A DNA stretch of 64,000 bases. Source: Phallusia mammillata. Taxonomy: Eukaryota. This document shows positions 58,701 through 64,000 of the stretch, in pieces (position 1 is the first letter of the stretch; the number at the start of each line of letters is the position of its first letter). Made by a program: the position numbers and the translations under genes. Under the pieces are notes generated by a model that was not told the DNA's origin, did no database searches, and saw only the letters and a program-made list of their open reading frames with translations. Location: NCBI GenBank assembly GCA_965637545.1, contig OZ281495.1, forward strand, positions 12,958,001-13,022,000. Reading direction: 5' to 3'.

Positions 58701-61700
58701 TGATAGCAACATGTCAAGATCATGGGTTCAAATCGCGTCGCAAACTAGATGTTTTAGCCTGCAAATGTTTAAATCTAAATGTATATTTTAAACAAATTGT
58801 ACGTGTTTAACACCGTACCACGATGGTGGTGTAAAGTTGTTCGCTACTTTTATCTCCGTTCGTCTTCTTGTCCGGTTTGGTTGGAGATGTCTCAGAGGTA
58901 TTGTTCATAACTTTGCTCATTCGGTTTAAAATATTTTCCGGATAAACCCGTTGCGTTTTGCCTCCGATTACCCCACGACATTCCTTAGCACCGCACCTTT
59001 GCAGAAAAACAACAACATTAAGGTATTGTACAAAAGCGGTGAATTTAAAGAGGAACAAAGTTTAGGGTACTGTTGATATTGAACAGAATTTCATGGTTAT
59101 CAGAAAGGGTGTTTTTATTTATTGAACAACTGAAAAAAATATACCTAGCACTTAAAGAGCAGTTTGCACATAATGTATGAATCTAAATTAATGTCACCGA
59201 AATACAAATGATGGAAATTAAAAAAAACACTCTAAAATACTTCAACATCATTAAAAAGACTAAGGCGACTCTTTGTGTAGAGAGACACAACTTGCAAACG
59301 ATTTCAACATCGCAAAAGTGAAGATTTTGTCTAAAATAACGTATACGAATGACTTCGGTTGCTACATTCTACGATCGCGGTGTGCTGGAGAAGAAAGATC
59401 ATGGACTCCTGCCCAAACCCAAACATGCGAATATAATTAGCCTCGGAGCAGCCATCAATCACACCTGACAAGTCGAAGTACCTCTGCCAGAAAGCGGCCT
59501 CTGAGTTACAACGAATAGCAGCGTTCTCTTCTTAGGAACAAGGGCGTATATGGGCAGGCCTGACCACGAACGAGGACCGACGGCCCGAAATTGAAAAGGC
59601 AAACTCATGTGAGGGATGGCAACTTGATCGCAACGCGCCCACGGCGGGTTACACAAATATTTAGAGTGAAAACATGCCATGAACGCAGGCGTCAGGTTCA
59701 AGTTGATCCCCTGCTTAGGTCTCTGCCATCGAGCTTGCATGAACATCCAGTTCTTTAGATTTATTGATTTTTTCTCAAGAGAGCGAGGTTTTTGTGCGGG
59801 GATCGTGAAGCTTGGTTGGTGGGCGGTTGAAATTCGGAGCTCCGCGGAATTTATTTGCGGTAAAACCACTTTCGCTTGGATTGGTAAAAGTCTTTGCTCC
59901 GCCTAAACGCCTAACAATTAACTAAATATGCGCTACTGGAGTTTTGAGCGAAGTTTTTACCACCTCAATTTACTTTCCACACTCATTTTTGAAGTTTATA
60001 AATAATTTGATTTATTTCAGTAACGAACTTTTAGTTTAATGCATACATTTCAACGTTAAGTTGCGATATACATCAAGATAACAAATTGGCTTAAAAACCT
60101 TCTCAGGTGGAAACGGCAGTCCAATAGAAGTCAAACGAGACAAAGGTATTTTGAAACCTTTCACCCAATTACCACGTGATAAATCCTTACCTGCAAACTT
60201 GCTGACGATCAAGGTTGTAAGCGTGAAAGTTGTAATCGTACGTGAGTTCTTCGTCTGGGTTGATCTTACGTTTCGCAAAGAGTCCGATTCTATATTCGCC
60301 GTTTACAACCCATTTCTGCATCTCGCAGTTTGGCACGCAGCTGCAAGAGTAATGTTTATATTTGTATCAAACTCAGTTTCAACAGTCAGAAATTTGAAAG
60401 TGCACTGGGTATTTGGGTAAGTCTGGTTAAGGGCGTTTTATTGTCATTCGGTCTTAGCTTTGCTAATATACAAGTTAACACGCAGTTTTTGCATTAAGAA
60501 TCAAGAACGCTTTGATATATCGAAAACAGTAAAGTAATCTCAAGCTACTTTTTCGAAGAAAAACAGCTTCAGATCAAATCTACGTCACAATGTTCCATGA
60601 TTAGCACAGAACATTATGCTAACTTACACTTTGCTTACAGACAGCCACGTATACAGTGCGTATCATACTACCCACTGGTATTTTTTGCAAAAACACACCC
60701 ATTTACGATCTACCAAATGTTACAAAAGACTTCAAAAGAGATAAACTACATACGTACTGCGAAGCAATGACTTAATACGTGAGCGAGGCCACAGGTGTAG
60801 AATGGAGAAAAACATGGCACTGAATTGGTCCCACGGACAGGTTGGGCTTCACGCCCACTTAACGCTCGAATCAACAAGCTCAAGTTACCATGACGTGTAA
60901 GCAAGTAAGGCGTGCAAGGCACTGGCGACCCAAAGTAACCTTGATATATTGTCTCGCATCATTGAACGCCTAACAAAGCGTAACCTTTCACTTGGCCTAC
61001 GTCGCAAAGAATTGCGAACCGTAGTATGAACCATCAACTTTTAGGAATTTTTAGACCAGAAATGTAACAAAACAACTGCATTTTTTCCTGAAATAGGGCC
61101 CGGAACTTAAAAAAGGTGGGATTTCCTGTAACGAATCACCCCATTTTTGTTGCTAAGCGTTGCCAAACAATTTGAAACACTTCCACAAGGCAAAGTTCAT
61201 GACCCAATTTCATGACCCCGTCACGGGTTCAACAAACACGCGACCCGTCACCACTGCTTCCTTCCGTTAGAACATAACAAACAGCCACAAAAACTGAGCC
61301 AAGTTCTGTATACCTGTGGTTCACGAAGCGACCTTCGTTGGCCATCCTGTACCCGTCAATAACTTTGCCAGCTTCTAACTGGATACAGTAATGGTCGTTG
61401 TGAGCATTGTAGTTCTCGATGGTTCGACGACGGAATTCTCGATCGCTCACCACCTCGCCCACGTATTCCAGAATAAACTGGCCTGTATTTTAGACAACTG
61501 TTAGTTCGTGATATTTGGCCAGCTCAGGGCTTATACGTGTAAACGACAGCTTTCTAATTTTTATTCTTTTTATATTTAAGGAACTACATTATACTGCAAA
61601 ACGTATCGTTTTTTTGCAAAAACATCGTGTTTTATATGTTTATAAGATTTAAACAAAGTTCCGTACTGATAATGTACACATTATTTCCTGAACACCATGA

Positions 61701-62191
61701 AAATGTTCCGAAAAATTTAGCAAAGAACAACGTCAAAACGTACATTAAAAGTGAGACCCTTTAAAGCAAGAAAATCCCCCACCCGCGTGATTCTAAACCC
61801 ACTTCAAACGTAACAAGTTCCCCAAAACGATCTACACAGATCAAGATGCATACAAACATCTTTTAAATCCCACGAAAGCACTTCGCTTTACAGGCGTCCT
61901 ATCGGCTTTTCAACTATTACTTTCAAACACCGCGTTAACCCTAAGTCCAACAATAATTCACGCACCGTTGAACCGTACAGGGTAAACACTTCATAAACAT
62001 ATCACCCGAGATTTTGTTTTCAGAACGCTTGCACCCATTTTGACTGGGAACAGCCGTTACCGTTGTTTGACTTCACTCCCTCACCTTCTGGAATGGTGTC
62101 GTTCGTTTTCACGCCCCAGCCGCGGTCTTGGGTCCGGAATCGTTCAAGCTCGGTGCACCATTGCTTGTTCTGGATAGACCTGTTTCCGCAT
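46788..62191 (-). CDS. ASH1L: ASH1-like histone H3K36 methyltransferase, C-terminal part (SET, post-SET, bromo, PHD, BAH); upstream exons not located
   Basis: Exons 62191-62085 (RGWGV), 61482-61314 (FILEYVGEV...GRFVNH), 60340-60191 ([10 protein letters not shown]...ELTYDYNF), 58996-58819 ([13 protein letters not shown]), 58493-58374, bromo exons near 56.8, 56.3 and 53788-53666, PHD 52700-52584 plus 49887-49698, BAH 49373-49226, 48707-48523, 48224-48070; predicted stop at 46790-46788. Confidence 0.93.
50169..50207 (-). ncRNA. Minimal type I hammerhead ribozyme in the left Penelope arm (sense to ASH1L pre-mRNA)
   Basis: Exact reverse complement of 52231-52269. Confidence 0.85.
50485..50920 (-). 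CDS. GIY-YIG endonuclease C-terminus of the left Penelope copy (runs into the gap)
   Basis: [30 protein letters not shown]...EAKWQ; near-identical to the right copy. Confidence 0.85.
50921..51120. other. Assembly gap (200 N)
   Basis: Run of N; a round length suggests a placeholder size. Confidence 0.99.
51300..51953 (+). CDS. Linker, CxxCxxC motif and GIY-YIG endonuclease of the right Penelope copy (5'-truncated, no RT)
   Basis: The frame is open upstream of the track start ([18 protein letters not shown]...), then [10 protein letters not shown] and GIYVANC...YVGQT. Confidence 0.85.
   Translation, partial: KSRTNNTTRLVWPTVFPKSLKVSGKERNLQPNACVVYKRPATLGRILTKYRRIAFEDRDSNTAGKSHPCNHCGLCGHYSKFKSMVPDTTTIITPAGEVRLIQNLSCRDYGIYVANCNECNACYVGQTKNPFSVRWRGHRATWKTFNYTEKNDKAALLRHYASKHINILKRKPDIATCYCITFVESPKKENLDMCEAKWQRILDAKINIQEMVLPRVR
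52231..52269 (+). ncRNA. Minimal type I hammerhead ribozyme in the right Penelope arm 3' region
   Basis: AGGAA-CTGATGA-T-GCC-ACACA-GGC-GAAA-TATATA-TTCCT: 5-bp stem I, 3-bp stem II, palindromic ATATAT stem III, AUA triplet with predicted cleavage after 52264. Confidence 0.85.
55502..55657. repeat. 23-bp perfect inverted repeat with 110-bp spacer
   Basis: ACGTCAACAGGAACATTGGAATT (55502-55524) and its reverse complement (55635-55657). Confidence 0.85.
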
Positions 62192-64000
62192 CTAAAATGT
62201 AAAAAAACACATTCATTCGTTACCTAAACTATTGTTTAACCTTCACAAGCTTGTGACATTCCGCCCCTGCAGTGCAAAAAGCTTGTTTATTAAGTTTTGG
62301 TTTTAAATCACTCCATTTTCGTAGGAAAATTTTGGGTTGAAAGACTTACTAAAAATGAAAAAAAGGGGTAATTCTGTGTCGAAATACAAAAAATCAGTTG
62401 AAAAGGATTGTTTGTAATCTGGCAAAGGATATCGTTTCCGACACATCGTCCAACACTTTCGGGGTAAACAGATTTCTCAAACCACTGATAAAAAGGTCAC
62501 TTCCTCATGTAGAAAGGAAATAGGCCATAACGTCAACATCCTGAACATCTGACCGTGCGCGCATAGTCAACACCCAACCCTTATTGCGAGAACTCGCCTT
62601 TAAATGTAAACATCCACGGTTGCTATTGACACAGTAATTCACACTGCAGACGATAGTCACATTGGTTGTAATATTTTCCGGTAAATAACTGCGAATGCGA
62701 GTAAAACATAACATTTTTAAGGCAAATCGTGTAACATACTTTGATTAAATGCAAAGTGAAACATTACCATAGAAAGGCTTGGGTTGGGCGCAGTAAGTTA
62801 AGAGATAGCAAATCAATTGTCTGAATTATAATTAATGCAACGACCGCCTAAATTCTTGTGAAAAATCTGGTGAGTAGGAACCCCGGACGCAACACCACAC
62901 GTCGAATAGTTTCATCGAATTGAAACGACATTGGTCAATTTCGCGATAGCTAAGCAGTGAGAGAACTTACACACATGCTGAAAGCGGATAACAAAAGATT
63001 TGATTCGTTGATGAATGCAAATGAACTAAAGCAACAAAACACCCACCATATTAACTTCAATTAAAGTTTTGCCTATTTATTTTCGCATGCGAAGTATAGA
63101 AACTTAAAATCGCAAAAAAATCACACAAAAGCTAAAAAAATTCGTTGTGTTTTAATGGGATGTTTTTACGCGGTAATGTATAATTCAACGTTTGAAAACA
63201 ACAAAACATCAAGTAAATCACAAAATTGTTTTGCGTTTCTATACAAGAACACTGCTTGTTAAACTGCTTTATTCGCAATTCAAAACAGTGTTACTTAATG
63301 ACAAGTATTTTACCGCGTAATGTAAAATCCAACTTGACAATTGGAATCAAGTGAACGACATATTGCTAAAAGTTATTGGGTTTCGATAAAGGAAGCTTGA
63401 TTATCAAACCACTTTATTTGTAATTGAAAACGGAATTAGTTAATCACAAGTGACATGGATCTAAGTTGGGATCTGCTCGTATCAACCAGGAATCCAATAC
63501 TGTTTGAATTATAGGGCGTGTAAGGGGCGGGGCATAAAGCGGCGCTAATCTCGCTCCTCCGGAAATAATGGTGTCATTAAAATTTAATGAAACCCGAACG
63601 GTCAATCAGAATCACGTGTTGCATATTGCGCGTGAAGGCAGTCACGAATCATATCTTGAAAACGATCTCTCATAAAATGCAAATAAGGGGGGTTGTTGGG
63701 GGCATTGATATTTAGGTAAATGGCCTTCTGGGGATGTGTGGTATGCGGAAATAAGATTAGGCAGATTACTTTTTCGATCAAAAACCGCCATCGATATTCA
63801 GCACTTTCGGCGACATGAGACCTATTAAGCGGATACGAAAATCGTTAAGGCGGAACCGCGAAACGAAATGAGGAGATCGCATGGAACTTTGTTTTTGTTC
63901 TGATAAGCCTGCATTAACAGATATTTTCAGTTGCACATGTTTTAGTGCGGTTTGACAGGCCCAAGCCCAGGTCAGAGGGCTAATTGGGCATTTATGGAAC

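Noticed and set aside
48490-60945. Shared 16-mer CGACCCAAAGTAACCT near 48490 and 60927
   Set aside because: Flanks are unrelated; a single short match is not enough to call a repeat family.
62200-64000. Upstream ASH1L (AWS) exons
   Set aside because: No convincing AWS-coding, splice-bounded frame found by eye; they probably lie beyond the window.

Overview
Eukaryotic, AT-rich, compact invertebrate DNA with short GT-AG introns. Gene style, short intergenic spacers and mosaic CpG depletion suggest an ascidian tunicate; this is inference and the species was not determined. Genes read from the sequence: TBC1D16 (last exon, +), GNPDA (+), an unidentified multi-exon gene (-), bifunctional membrane PAM (about 19 exons, -), intronless MRPL20 (-) directly upstream of PAM, a BTB-zinc-finger gene (+), intronless SBDS (-) head-to-head with a nearly intronless HSF1 (+), FG-GAP/VCBS-like repeat exons (-), an astacin-like gene lacking its catalytic Glu (-), a NACHT-LRR gene with six LRR exons and no death-fold domain (+), and the SET-bromo-PHD-BAH half of ASH1L (-). 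Mobile DNA: eight hAT-type MITEs with 8-bp TSDs (one nested in another), a tandem-repeat Helentron/HINE-like element carrying CTCF-like and CRE motifs, and a head-to-head inverted Penelope-like (GIY-YIG) doublet with a 13-bp TSD inside the intron that splits the ASH1L PHD finger. Main highlights: each Penelope arm ends in a minimal type I hammerhead ribozyme, and a separate trio of divergent hammerhead-like motifs with an unusual GUG cleavage triplet lies in introns of the astacin-like gene. No CRISPR, rRNA or tRNA was seen. All exon boundaries, alignments and folds were done by eye. A 200-N gap lies at 50921-51120.
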